The notes: a model not told the origin generated them from the letters alone. 63,684 nt of DNA, filler included, from Stramenopiles sp. TOSAG23-6 (GCA_900128565.1; 8 parts of 8 records of this genome joined end to end with filler, not necessarily neighbours in it); one strand, 5' to 3'. Counted from the whole stretch's first letter, positions 1-11,782 are shown. Program-made: numbers and translations.

Positions 1-42
1 AAAAAAAAAAAAAAAAAAAAAAAAATATTCTTCACAATACAT
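1..42 (+). mobile_element. Introner-like intron, 3' end only (ends AT)
   Basis: ...ttcttcacaatac-at|gat; downstream frame matches ORF at 64. Confidence 0.7.
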
Positions 43-1419
43 GATTATTCATGGATAAATAATATGAATGATTTGACTTCAAACATGTTTTTTAAACTTC
101 AAACTGATGGACGGCATCAAAGTGAAGATGTCGAAATGATAGCTAGTAAAACAGTAGTTAGAGGTGTTCAAATGGTGATTTTGTATTTTGCTGGTAATTA
201 TTATTGTCAATTACGTAATGGAGAAGGCGATGTACGTTTTCATTTCAATTTTGAATTTTTTTTTTTTTTTGTTTTTCGTACGAAATGTTGTACCTAACAA
301 ATTTTTTTAGAATTTTTTTGAAATATTTTTTCATAATACATCATTCTTTATTAAACACTCGATTTCCAGATGTTAGTTGGCAATCAAGAGGGTATATGAT
401 TCAACATAGTAATCCTGTTGATCATCCTCATTTTCGTCAATTAAGTTTATGTATGTTTTAGAATCAGCATAAAATTCAAAAAATTAAAAATTAAAAAAAT
501 TCAAAAAATCAAAAATTAAAATTTTTTTTTTTTTTTTTNTACAAAATTTTGTACGTAACAAAAAAAAAAAAAAAATATATATATGTTTCACAATACATGG
601 GAAGGAAGTCCTTCAACAGAGCTGAATCCATTTGGACTCGACACAAATAATATGACAGCATCTGCTGTTGCTTCAGCTGTTACAGGAAGAGATAAAAATG
701 ATAGTGGTATTGAAAATAGTGATGATGATGAAATATTACTAAATGAAAATGATACACAAAAAAAATCACGAAATACGAGTGGACGGTACAATCGTTTTCA
801 AAGAGTAAACACACGAAATACAAGTGAAGAAATCCATGCTACAAAAGTTGCTACTTTACGTGTTAATACGGAAGCTGGTGGTGGTGGACGTAGTGGCATT
901 GGAGCTCTATCACCAAAATATATGAAAAAGAATAAAGAATCAAAACATAGTCATATCAAAAATGAATTTGATAAAAGTTCTGATGAAGATCTTTTTGGCC
1001 CAGAATCATCTGAAAACACGAAATATAGGAATAAAAAAATAATTTCTGCAGATTGTCAAAGTCCAAGTAAAAGAGAATCAAAACAAAAAACAATACATTC
1101 AAACAAAAATATCATACAAGAATCAAGTCCAACAAATACATACAGACCTCATGTACGTTTTATTTTTTTTTTAACAAAAAAATCCAATTTTTTTTTCGTA
1201 CGAAATTTTGTACCTAACAAATTTTCAAAATTTTTTTTTCAATATTTTTCCAAAATACATCATATAGCACCAATGAAACTGTCATCAAAAGCAGAGAGAA
1301 AAGCGAAAAAAAGAGCAAAAAAATTAGAAAAAAAATTAAAAAAGTTAAAAAAGTTATCAGGTGGTGGTGTTGCACCATGGGAGAAAGGAGGGCGTCCGTT
1401 ACTTTTAAGTAAGAAATAA
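43..1419 (+). CDS. Uncharacterised protein, 5'-partial; exons 43-231, 342-450, 599-1152, 1261-1419
   Basis: Removing three family inserts joins ORFs 64..297 and 583..1419 in one frame (GEGD|HSLL...LSL-W-EGSP...RPH|HIAP). Confidence 0.7.
232..341 (+). mobile_element. Introner-like intron GT..AT, flanks at/at
   Basis: gat|gtacgtttt...gtacctaac...cataatac-at|cat. Confidence 0.85.
451..598 (+). mobile_element. Introner-like intron GT..AT, flanks at/at
   Basis: ttat|gtatgtttt...cacaatac-at|gg. Confidence 0.85.
1153..1260 (+). mobile_element. Introner-like intron GT..AT, flanks at/at
   Basis: cat|gtacgtttt...gtacctaac...aaaatac-at|cat; 108 nt, in frame. Confidence 0.8.
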
Positions 1420-1570
1420 GGTATAATTTTAGATGTACAAAATAAAAAATATTTTTACCAAAATAACTAGGATTTTATAATTCTCACTTTTCGTCCCATA
1501 TGAAAAGAGGAAGAAAATTGTAATTGTTATAGTATAACATATTATAACATATTATAACATATACAATATA

Positions 1571-3811
1571 TTATTCACATTTGCATATTTGTTGAGCATT
1601 ATTCAGGGTACAACCATTGCTATATCCAACTTTTCCTTTTTCAATTTTTTCACATTTTACACGGCTATGCCATCCTTGTGTACATTTTGCTTTTTTTGAT
1701 TTGCAAAATTCTTCACAGTTGCCTCCATTTGTATCAACAAGTACCTCACATCCAGATATTTGTGAACAAACTTCAAAGATCTCGTTAGTAGCAGTTGTAC
1801 ACCAATCGAATATAGTTCTTATTTCAGCTGGAGGTGTGGATGTGACTGTACTTATGTTAGTGTAAGGATCTGGTATGTATAAGTATGTACTTTTTCCAGA
1901 AGTAGGATTATTTGCTTCACATTTACAGTATTGATCGCCATACTGCATTCGACACCCGTCACCGATACGACGAACATCATGGATCATTTTACCTGGACAC
2001 TTTCCACTATTTTCATTCGTTCCATTGCTACCACCATTCCATATACAATGACCACTTTCACTACATTCGTATCTGCTATCATATTTACTACAAGTTTCTT
2101 CCCACTTTCCAGGCTTACCCCGATACTCTTTGCTAACAGAACATAGTGATGGACTGTCCCATTTACAACGCTCATTTGGACTCCCATTATCATCTTGCGT
2201 ATTTATACAATCATTCTTGTTTGTATACTGGCTACATATTCTTATCAATTTCACATACTTTGCATGTGGTAAGCTATCTCTTACCTTATCACTTACTTTA
2301 CAATTGGAAGGATTATTCGCATCGTGATTCCAAGCTTCAATACATTTAGAGCCTCTCTGTAAACAAAAGTCTTCACAGTTATGTCCATTTGTATTAACAA
2401 ATACATCACATGCATCCGAATTGGACGAGCAGACTTCAAGAACATCAGGATCATCAGTTGTACACCATATTAATGTAAGTGCTTTTTGTTCTGGTATAGA
2501 TGGCATGGCTGGTGTATTAGTTTGTTGTTGTTGTTGTTGTTGTTGTTGTGGTGGTGGTGGTGGTGGTGTAGGTGTATTAGTTTGTTGTTGTTGTTGTTGT
2601 GGTGGTGGTGGTGTAGGTGGTGTATTAGTTTGTTGTTGTTGTTGTTGTGGTGGTGTAGGTGGTGTATTAGTTTGTTGTTGTTGCGTAGGTGGTGTAGAAG
2701 TTCCATTAGAAATTTGTTTTTCTGGAACATCATTCATAGTTCGTGCTAGATCCCGAATCTGATCATAGAAGCGTTCTAGTTCCTTTGTCCCTCTTCTTAT
2801 TTCCTTTATTAGATTACTATGCTCTCCTTTATCAGACTCTCTCTCACCATATTTTCCTTCTGTATCAGACTCTCCAGACTCNCCTCCACTAAATTTTCCT
2901 CCTTTACCATACTCTCCTCCTTTATCAGACTCTCCTTTATCAGATTCTCTTTTATCAGACTCTCCTTTACCATACTCTCCTTTATGAAACTTTCCTTCAC
3001 CATATTTTCCTCCTTTATCAGAATCACGTTTACCAAACTCTCTTTGATCATCATTGCTTGTATTATCTTTTCCTGTACCTTTCATATTATGGTTTGTCGA
3101 GTGTGTGTTGTTAGAAAACATTTTTTCTTTCAGTGCGTTCAGTTTCTTTTTAACATTTTGCAAATGAATATTATAGTGTGCATTCAATTGCTTCAAGGTT
3201 GATTTCTCCTTGTCAAAGCCTTGTTCGCGTGTCTCATGTACTGTCGTATCACGATGCACTTCATTCAGTTTTTGTACCAGTTTGGACACTTCATCCTTTA
3301 TTTCTTCCAAATCGCTGCTATTATCATTGGTAACGGAATTAGTTGCGGACATATCCTTGGGGTTTCCATTTTGTACATCTTTTTTCTTCTTTTTCCTATT
3401 CGTCTTACCACTTTTATCTTCGGCTATCCCTGTATGATTTTCTTCAAGATTTTCATTTTGAAGTACATCTTTTTTCTTCTTTTTCCTATTACTCTTACCA
3501 CTTTTATCTTCGACTAACTTTGTATGGTTTTCTTCAAGGTTTCCATTTTGAAGTACATCTTCCTTCTTCTTTTTCTTTCTACTCTTTTTACTTTCATCTT
3601 TGACTTTCTTTGTGTAACTATCTTCATTATCAAAGTCCCCAAGCTTACGAACTAGCCAATCAAAGTTAGCTTGTTCAAGCCCTAGGCGACTTAATTTTTC
3701 TTTCAAGCTAGGTAGATCCGTATTTTCTGGTGCTTTCGTTTCCATGAACGCTGTATTACTTTTTGATAGTCGTAAACACGATACGATAAGTATCACTATA
3801 AACTGCTTCAT
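1571..3811 (-). CDS. Secreted protein: signal peptide, Lys/Glu and GESDK repeats, Pro/Gln linker, duplicated Cys-rich domain
   Basis: 746-aa ORF; hydrophobic N-terminus; two WCTT..EVCS..C.V.V.TNG.NCE.FC modules. Confidence 0.8.
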   Translation of the reverse strand: MKQFIVILIVSCLRLSKSNTAFMETKAPENTDLPSLKEKLSRLGLEQANFDWLVRKLGDFDNEDSYTKKVKDESKKSRKKKKKEDVLQNGNLEENHTKLVEDKSGKSNRKKKKKDVLQNENLEENHTGIAEDKSGKTNRKKKKKDVQNGNPKDMSATNSVTNDNSSDLEEIKDEVSKLVQKLNEVHRDTTVHETREQGFDKEKSTLKQLNAHYNIHLQNVKKKLNALKEKMFSNNTHSTNHNMKGTGKDNTSNDDQREFGKRDSDKGGKYGEGKFHKGEYGKGESDKRESDKGESDKGGEYGKGGKFSGXESGESDTEGKYGERESDKGEHSNLIKEIRRGTKELERFYDQIRDLARTMNDVPEKQISNGTSTPPTQQQQTNTPPTPPQQQQQQTNTPPTPPPPQQQQQQTNTPTPPPPPPQQQQQQQQQTNTPAMPSIPEQKALTLIWCTTDDPDVLEVCSSNSDACDVFVNTNGHNCEDFCLQRGSKCIEAWNHDANNPSNCKVSDKVRDSLPHAKYVKLIRICSQYTNKNDCINTQDDNGSPNERCKWDSPSLCSVSKEYRGKPGKWEETCSKYDSRYECSESGHCIWNGGSNGTNENSGKCPGKMIHDVRRIGDGCRMQYGDQYCKCEANNPTSGKSTYLYIPDPYTNISTVTSTPPAEIRTIFDWCTTATNEIFEVCSQISGCEVLVDTNGGNCEEFCKSKKAKCTQGWHSRVKCEKIEKGKVGYSNGCTLNNAQQICKCE
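2505..2695. repeat. (TTG)n/(GGT)n compound coding microsatellite (QQQQTNTPPTPPP units)
   Basis: Visible trinucleotide arrays. Confidence 0.9.
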
Positions 3812-4311
3812 TATAACATGTACACACTACGCATCAATGTTTTCTATATTTACTACAACAGTGAGGTTTGTGTATTGCTAAGCTTATGTACTTAATATAC
3901 GTATCCTCTTTAGAAAGAAGGGAGACGGTATCATTGAATCTGGAATTCAAAAAATGAATTTTCAACAACGTATCCTCTCAAAATAAATTCGAAATTCGTA
4001 AAATTCTGTAACTGTCATAAAAAAACGAAGAAAAAAACTACTAAGAACAAATTTTCACAACATTCGTATTAGGCCTACTTAGCCTTAAGCCGACTACTGT
4101 ACCATTAGAGATTACTACTGGTACCTACTTTTATCTACAAACTAAACTTCACACGTTTACAATCAAAAGTGATTGATATATTTACATTGTGCATCCACCA
4201 GTCTAAAAATATTGTGTAGTACAACTTATCCCGACAAACCTGCATAAACTAAAACAACAGAAACGCAACAACTTCGAGTGAGTCCGGTACTTTTTTGTTG
4301 ATAGTACTACT

Positions 4312-6833
4312 ATGTCTAATAATAAATTACACAGAAATGTAACTGCAACACGACACATTAAAGGATATAAAGCATTTCGTCATCGATCGAGTCAAGGCAT
4401 TGAAGAGCAAATGAGCTTAGCTAATAGAATCAGTTCAGATGGAGACCATTTTCTTCGTAAAATTAAAGAGTTGAAAGAATTTTCAGTTCGTTCAAAACAT
4501 ATTGATAGAGTGAATCGAGAGAAAGTTCATTGGCTAGAACGAAACACAAAACTAAGAAATCAATTGTATAAAATAGAAACAGATTTTTTGAAATTAATAC
4601 AGTCAATACCTACCAAGACGAAAAAAACGAAAAAAATAAAAAAAATAAAAATTCAAAACATGCACAAAAGTAAATTTTTGCAAACATCTACAGATTATAT
4701 CGAAAACAATGAAAACATGGATACCATTTTGAAAGATCAAATAGAGTCATGTATAGATCATTTTGAAAATGATGATCAGATTGAACATTCGTTATGTACA
4801 GAAAATACAGAAAATTGTACCAAAAAAAACGAAAACATTGAAATGAATGATGAAATGAATGATGAAATAAGTGATGAAAACATTTTCTTTTTTAACAACT
4901 TTCAAGAATGGTGTGAAACAAAAACAAGGAAACGAAAACAAATGAGTGAATCATTAAAAGACCAACTTGAAGGTTTAAAAGCACTTTATTCATATTTAAT
5001 GCAAAGTAAATCTGTCGTTCAATCGGATACACGAAATATAGAAAAATATACAAATTTTGATTATGTAAATAATTCGCCATTTCAAATTGGTGCACGTCAA
5101 TTTAGTAATTTATTAGATGAAGCTAAAATAGCACAAGGAATAGCACAACAACAATTAGAAATACAAGAAGATAAATGTACTGAAGATGTAGCAGTAGCAA
5201 CAAAAATAGTACGAAAATTAATGAGACAAAAGATTTCAGAAAATACAATTCCTAACCCTAACCCTAACCCTAATGAAAACAATACAAATAAATATGGAGA
5301 AAATGGTTTCAGTCTTTTTAATATTTCAGAGATATTAAACAAGTTAAATGAAGGATATGGTTCGAAAGTCGAAAATAAATTATTAAGAGAAAATTCATTA
5401 ATTGAATTAGAAGATTTTGTAGAAAAATCAAATGTAATGTTGTCAAATATTCGAAACGAATTTATACAAAAGTCGAAAAAAATATTTTTAGTCGTTTCAA
5501 ACCAAAATGAAAATGATGAAACAAAAATATTTGAAGAAAAAAATTTCGAAAAAATGATTTTTGAGTATGGTGGTTGGTCCAAAAAAATGCATGAAAAGTT
5601 TGTTCATTTGCATACAGAATATGCAGGGAAAAAAATTAGGGGTAATGAAGTAAGACGTAAAGAAATGTTTCATTCACGATTAATGGTTGAATTTCCTAAT
5701 TTATCGATTAGTAGTGTATGTTTTATATGAATTTCTAATTTAATTTTTTTTTTGTTTTCATACGAAATTTCGTACCTAACAAATTTTAGTTTTTTTTTTT
5801 TGAAATATGTTTTCACAATACGTGTAATACAACATTTATCATGGTACGACTCATTTCGATATTGGCAAGTTCATACACGAAATAGCAGAAAAGATATATA
5901 TCGACAATTGAAGTGTAAAGTAAAGCAAATTATTCAAAAATTAAAATCAAATTTTGAACGTGTACAAAAACATGAAAAACGAAACAAAATGTTATCTTTA
6001 TCTCAAAAATTAACTCAAGCACGACACGAAAAACTTGTAAAAATGCGATTAGAATTTCAAACAAAATTAGCAATCCAAGAATTTCAAAAGGAAAAAGAAA
6101 AAAACGAAAAACAGAAAATTGAAGAATTGCAAAGATTTGTTCGTAAAAAAGAACTCATCCAAATGAAAATGAAGATTAAGGAACATCAGAGAAAAAAAGA
6201 ATTAGCACAAAATGAGCTACAGAAAGAAATAATGAAGCAGCAAAAATTATTGGACGCAAAATATAATGAAATGAGTGAAATAAATAAGAAACGCGTGGCG
6301 ATGCGAGCACAAAAAACAGCTGAAAAAATTCGTCTTCGTAAATTAGAAATTGAACTTGCTGAGAACGATCGGTTCAAGTTGACAGAACATTTGCAGAAAT
6401 TGATCAGTTCCACTCCTTATGCAGATCGAATAGCTTCCTTACAAATAGATAGGAAGTATGTTTAACCCTAACCCTAATCATTCATTTCAATTTAATTTTT
6501 TTGTATCTTCTCTATTATTCTTTTTTCGTCCCTAACATTTTTTTTTCTTGACGTACTTTTTCACTATACAAACGAGTTCAAAGTTCAACTTTTAAATTTC
6601 GTGCATATCAAGAAAAAACTGCAGATATAGCTGCTGCAATAGCAAATAGACGCACAGGAGGTACAAAACTTCTTGGTCAAAGTCATTTTGGTTTTACTGA
6701 TGATCAAATATTTTCAGATGTTCGTTTCAATATTCAAGAAGCACTTCGGGAACGAGGACTGATAAAATCAGGTGTTGCACGAGATATGTTTTCATGTAAA
6801 ATTATTCCACCATACGCTCATGTTTCAGAGTGA
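4312..6833 (+). CDS. CCDC148: Coiled-coil protein, CCDC148-like; exons 4312-5715, 5824-6455, 6572-6833
   Basis: Spliced C-terminus GFTDDQIFSDVRFNIQEALRERGL and GGWSKKMHEKF motif resemble CCDC148. Confidence 0.7.
5716..5823 (+). mobile_element. Introner-like intron GT..GT, flanks gt/gt
   Basis: agt|gtatgtttt...cgtacctaac...cacaatac-gt|gta; joins two long ORFs in frame. Confidence 0.85.
6456..6571 (+). mobile_element. Introner-like intron GT..AA, flanks aa/aa; carries (TAACCC)2
   Basis: aggaa|gtatg...cactatac-aa|a cga gtt. Confidence 0.8.
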
Positions 6834-6867
6834 TGAGAAAAAAATGCTTAAATAAATTATACAAATT

Positions 6868-7596
6868 TTATATATTGAATCTCATAGTTTTAGGTTTTTT
6901 TTCTCCTGCTTGTATTTCAACTTCAATGATTGACGAAAGCCTTCCTTCTTTGTGTTTCTTCTCAGTGACAGCTTCATTGTGTTTCTCAGTTGTATTTTCG
7001 TCACTTTCTTTCTTTTCTATCGTATCACTTTTTTTCTCTTTAGTATCACTTTCATCACTTCCACCACTTTCATCACTTGTTTTCTTTTTAGCATCACTTT
7101 CATTCATTTCATCACTTTGATCAGTTTCATCACTTTTATCGCTTTTTTTCTTTTTAGTATCACTTTCTTTCATTTTATCACTTTCATCACTCTCGTCACT
7201 TTGATCACTTTCATCACTTTCGTTACTTTCATTCTCTTTGTTGACACTTTTATCTTTTTTCTCAGTTTTCTTAGTTTTTTCCTTTCCATTTTGTCGTTCA
7301 TTATCTTTAGAAGAAGCAACTGCATTTCGAATGTTGACTTCAATTTTTACATGACCATTTTGGTTTTGTACTGAGACTCCATTCCCAATAGAACTACTAT
7401 CAGAAGCTTCGTTTTGTGACTTATCATCTTTTTTTTTCTTTTCTACCATCGCAGCAGTCTTTTTTCCTTTCAAAACAGTAATGTTGATTTTTTTTTGTCG
7501 GAGATTTCCATTCAAGTGTTTGTGTTTCAACAACCTATCCACACCAAAGATGGGGTGCACCATGACAACAAAAAATAACACAAACAACTTCTTCAT
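6868..7596 (-). CDS. Secreted Ser/Asp/Glu-rich protein; short paralogue of 8065..10671
   Basis: MKKLFVLFFVVMVHPIFG near-identical to neighbour's N-terminus; ends at ..AGEKKPKTMRFNI. Confidence 0.65.
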   Translation of the reverse strand: MKKLFVLFFVVMVHPIFGVDRLLKHKHLNGNLRQKKINITVLKGKKTAAMVEKKKKDDKSQNEASDSSSIGNGVSVQNQNGHVKIEVNIRNAVASSKDNERQNGKEKTKKTEKKDKSVNKENESNESDESDQSDESDESDKMKESDTKKKKSDKSDETDQSDEMNESDAKKKTSDESGGSDESDTKEKKSDTIEKKESDENTTEKHNEAVTEKKHKEGRLSSIIEVEIQAGEKKPKTMRFNI

Positions 7597-7960
7597 TGTT
7601 CTCTTTAAGGAAAAAAGAGTCAAAATAAATTGATCAACGCTATAAACACCGTATCTTGGAGTGGTATTCGAGACAACGTTTTCCATAAAGACCGTTTTTC
7701 CGTTAAAAAAAAAAAATAATAACGGTTGGTCAGCGTTTTGGTTATTTAAAAACCGCTCTTTTCGTGTCATCACAAATGTTGTGAATCCTACAATCAAATT
7801 TTGCTCATAAGATCATTTTACTAATTTTTCACGTAGATTCGGAAAATATAATTTTAAATAATATATATTTACATCTTGAATTAAAGATGCAAATTTTTCG
7901 AATTTATTACTGTAATTAAGATTTTATAGATAAATTGCAAATATGTAATACTTTATTACC

Positions 7961-8102
7961 ATTGAAAAAGTGTTATCTAATATTCCACAATATATTCTGG
8001 TTTCACATTGAAAAAGTGTTATCTAATATTCCACAATATATTCTGGTTTCACAAGTTCAGTTATCTAATATTCCACAATATATTCTGGTTTCACAAGTTC
8101 AG
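7961..8102. repeat. Three tandem copies of the ~36-nt 3' end of gene 8065..10671
   Basis: gttatctaatattccacaatatattctggtttcaca occurs three times. Confidence 0.9.
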
Positions 8103-10671
8103 TAGAACTTGCCATAAGGTAGTATTGTTCTGCGCCTGGTTTACCACTTCCCCAGGTGTCATAAGCTTCTTCAATACCTTTATAATACTTAGAATTACTG
8201 TGTCCTTCCAACATTTTTGCATAGATAATACTATTTGATTGTGAAAACTTTATTGGAACTCCAGTATGAACTGATAAATAAACAGCTCTCCCAAATCGAT
8301 CTTCTCCTCTTTGTTGCTTCCGTGGTATTCGAAAACCTACCTTCATAATGGTAAATGTTGTTTCTCTTTTGGGTGTGCCATGCCATCCGCATAGCTCTCG
8401 AGTAGAAACTTGTTTCTTTTCCAATTCTTTTCGTTTTTCTTCATATGTATCTTCAACCTTTTTGTAACGACAGTAATACACTGATTTTACATTTTGTTTT
8501 GAAGTCTTTTTGAACATATTTTTCACATAATAAAAATGCGCAATATATTTGGCTGGTACACTCTCTGATAATACATCTGTCGCAAGAATATGAACACAAC
8601 CATCTGTGATGTCAATTGGGCTTGGTTGATTACCACAACTAAAAGATGGATCAAAAGATGAATTGACACTTGAAGAAGATCCAGGAGATGAACCAGACGA
8701 GTGTCGAAGTTTCACATTTGCAAATTGCTGAACGTTTGGGGCTCTATGTTCTATAGCACTATTTACAACTTCTTGTAAAAGATTTGGATAGTTGGCAAGT
8801 AAGATGGAGTGATTCTCATTTGGAAGATGAATATCATTAAAACTAACTCCTCTTGAACTTGCTTTTACATACTCCAATTTCCTAGTATTCCAATAATCCT
8901 TACCAGCAGTGATAAAATACGGAATGACACCTTTTGGAATAGGCGATTTGTTTGGCTTACCATTGAGCATTATCATTGGTCCTCTCCAATAATTTGTGTA
9001 AATGGATGGACATGTGTAGTCAGATGAGCGACTACCGCAAATGATAACATTAGGAGGTCCTTTATTAGCAATCATTTCTTGAACTCTGTTTGCAAGAGTA
9101 CATAAATTTATATCCGGATCTTTGCCGACGATATCAAAAGAATGATCCTTACACTCTACATCAGGTGGTTCGCCTTTCACCCAGTCACTTGGGACAGTTT
9201 TAACCACTTTGTCCTTCCTAAGTTTGGAAAAGGAGACGTTGTTTGCAGTTTCCGAGGCTAATCCCATTGGAATTATAATTATGTAATTGTTTGGTTGTTT
9301 TTCTTGCCAAGAACCATGGACATTTACAAATACTCCACGAGGTATTGTTCCCCCAGATGCTCCAGAACGATGTCCCTGACTATGAGAGTCTACATCATCC
9401 TCACTTTCATCACTGCTATCACTTTTATCACTGCTATCACTTTTATCACTGCTATCACTTTCATTGCTTGCGTCACTTTTATCACTTTTATAACGTTTTT
9501 TCTTTTTAGCATCACTTTCATCACTGCGATCACTTTCATCACTGCTATCACTTTCATCACTTTCAACGCTTTCATCACTTTCATCACTTTCATCACTTTC
9601 ATCACTTACAACGCTTTCATTCTCTTCGGTATTAACTTGTTCACCATCACCAACATCTGTACTTAATTCGAATTCCATTATTTTAGGTTTTTCTTCTCCT
9701 GCTTGTACTTCAACTTGAATGATTGATGTACGGCTTCTTTCTTTGTGTTTCTTTTCAGTGAAACCTACATTGTGTTTCCCAGTTTTATTTTCACCAATTT
9801 CTTTCTTTTCTGTCGTATCACTTTCATCATTTTCATTACTTTTTTTCTTTTTCTTTTTCGTACCACTTTCATTACTTTCATTACTTTCATTTTCTTCAGT
9901 TACACGTTCATGTTTTCCCTCAGTTAGTTCCTTTCCATTTTGTCGTTCACTCTTTTCAGAAGAATCATCTGCGCGTTCAATGTTGACTTGAATTTCTACG
10001 GTACCTTTTTGTAGTATGGCTGTTGGTGTTGCTGTTGGTGCAGCAGTTGGTGCTGGTGTTGGTGATGCAGTTGTTGGTGCAGCTGTTGGTGAAGCTGTTG
10101 GTGCTGGTGTTGGTGATGCAGTTGGTGCTGGTGTTGGTGATGCAGTTGTTGGTGCAGTTGTTGGTGTTGCTGTTGGTGTTGCTGTTTTAAACAACTTTTT
10201 ATCATACTCGCTTCTTAATTTGTCATCACTTAGAACTTCATGAGCTTCAAGAATCAATTTGAATTTTTCTTCATCTCCACCTTTATCAGGGTGATGTACC
10301 TTAGCTAAGTTATGATATGCTACCGTTATCTCTCTTTTCGTTGCCTTTGGGCCAACGCCGAGCCTTGTATAATAATCAGCTTCGCGCATAGTTGTTAGTG
10401 ATGCAGTTGGTGTGGCTGTTGGTGTTGCCGTTGGTGTAACTCCGTCCCCGCTAGAACTACTATTAAGCTCTTCATTTTGTGAGTTATCATCTTTTTTTTT
10501 CTTTTCTACCATCGCAGCAGTCTTTTTTCCTTCCAAAACAGGAACGTTCATATTTTTTTGTTGGAGTTTTCCCTTCAAGTGTTTGCGTTTCACCAACTTA
10601 TCCACACCAAAGATGGGGTGCATCATGACAACAAAAAGTAAAACGAATAACTTCTTCATTGTTCTCTTCAT
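8065..10671 (-). CDS. Secreted multidomain protein: signal peptide, DnaJ domain, T/P and SDE repeats, C-terminal PARP-like ADP-ribosyltransferase domain
   Basis: DYYTRLGV..HHPDKGGDEEKFKLILEAHEVLSD (J domain with HPD); GWHGT..GF..RFGRAVYLS..EQYYL..PEYIVEY (PARP catalytic-like). Confidence 0.8.
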   Translation of the reverse strand: MKRTMKKLFVLLFVVMMHPIFGVDKLVKRKHLKGKLQQKNMNVPVLEGKKTAAMVEKKKKDDNSQNEELNSSSSGDGVTPTATPTATPTASLTTMREADYYTRLGVGPKATKREITVAYHNLAKVHHPDKGGDEEKFKLILEAHEVLSDDKLRSEYDKKLFKTATPTATPTTAPTTASPTPAPTASPTPAPTASPTAAPTTASPTPAPTAAPTATPTAILQKGTVEIQVNIERADDSSEKSERQNGKELTEGKHERVTEENESNESNESGTKKKKKKSNENDESDTTEKKEIGENKTGKHNVGFTEKKHKERSRTSIIQVEVQAGEEKPKIMEFELSTDVGDGEQVNTEENESVVSDESDESDESDESVESDESDSSDESDRSDESDAKKKKRYKSDKSDASNESDSSDKSDSSDKSDSSDESEDDVDSHSQGHRSGASGGTIPRGVFVNVHGSWQEKQPNNYIIIIPMGLASETANNVSFSKLRKDKVVKTVPSDWVKGEPPDVECKDHSFDIVGKDPDINLCTLANRVQEMIANKGPPNVIICGSRSSDYTCPSIYTNYWRGPMIMLNGKPNKSPIPKGVIPYFITAGKDYWNTRKLEYVKASSRGVSFNDIHLPNENHSILLANYPNLLQEVVNSAIEHRAPNVQQFANVKLRHSSGSSPGSSSSVNSSFDPSFSCGNQPSPIDITDGCVHILATDVLSESVPAKYIAHFYYVKNMFKKTSKQNVKSVYYCRYKKVEDTYEEKRKELEKKQVSTRELCGWHGTPKRETTFTIMKVGFRIPRKQQRGEDRFGRAVYLSVHTGVPIKFSQSNSIIYAKMLEGHSNSKYYKGIEEAYDTWGSGKPGAEQYYLMASSTELVKPEYIVEY

Positions 10672-11099
10672 GAAAAAAAGAGTCGAAATATATTCACAAA
10701 CGCTATATAAACCTCTCCAAAGTATACTATAGAAACAAAATATATATCGAATAACAACTTTTTCCTGTCTTTATTGTTTGAATTTTGATATTATACACTG
10801 AATCTTGGATACGTAGATCTATCTTCCGTTAAATTTTAAAACTTAGAAAAAAATTAACGGTTATTCTTTTCTTTTTCGTCTCTCATCGAAAGTTGCTCTT
10901 TCTCATCTTTTCGCACTGCTTTGTGATAAAAACACAACTTCGTTTCATCATCCACTCTCTCTTTCTCCCTCTCTCTCTTTCTATCTCTTTCTCATCTTGT
11001 GTATAGTGGATATCAAATAGCACGTCAACATCAAATTGTTTTGATACAGTTTTACTAAATATCTTGTGTTAGAAAAGGGGTAATACCCCATATATAATA

Positions 11100-11782
11100 A
11101 TGCCATACACGACTATAACAGGATGGCTTAAAAAGTTTAAAAGTAAACGAGACTCCAAATTCTTTACTAGCTTTTGGAACAGGCGATACTTTACCATTGA
11201 AAAAGTTTTAGTCAAAGGTAACTATGAACTTTCGCTTTGCTATTTTCAGAAAAAAAAGCATTCACGAAAACGTGACACCGCAAGAGGCATGATACTATTA
11301 AAACACATTACAAAGATTGTTCTTGGGAGTTCAGATAACTTTGAGGTAGGAGTAAAAGGAAGTGAATCACGGATATATAAATCAGATTTAGAAAGTATGA
11401 AAAGAGAGCGTTTGCTTCGAGCGGCTGAGTCATTTGAAATTTACTCAAAAACAAAAAATTTATACCTTCGATCAGATTCAAGAACAGAACTGTCCATGTG
11501 GGTTCTTAGTTTATCATCATTATGTGGTATACCGTATTGTAATGCTTTTGAACAATCAAAGGAAAACAATGATACTGATGTCATTGGGACAAAAGTTGGT
11601 ACAGAAGCGAGTACAAATGGAACAAATTCCTTTTTTCCGACAGACCTGTTTTGGTCATCTGAATTTGGCGCAATTCCAAAAACTCCTCAGTATATTAAAT
11701 CTTTACGAAAAAAACAAGGAATAAAAGTTCCAAAATATTCCTCTGGCCTTTCGGATTCAAGATACATACCTGAAAAAAAATA
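11100..11782 (+). CDS. PH-domain protein, 3'-truncated at gap
   Basis: ITGWLKK..WNRRYFTI..LYLRSDSRTELSMWV. Confidence 0.75.

Noticed and set aside
2421-3603. Many overlapping antisense or alternate-frame ORFs (poly-Cys/Gly, FIT repeats; likewise 6952-7374, 9291-10243, 38454-39239, 43275-43928)
   Set aside because: Shadows of low-complexity coding repeats in the real genes.
5752-5823. Recurring peptides such as SYEISYLT, RNFVPN and RTKFCT in many ORFs as a protein motif
   Set aside because: They are translations of the intron core in three frames.
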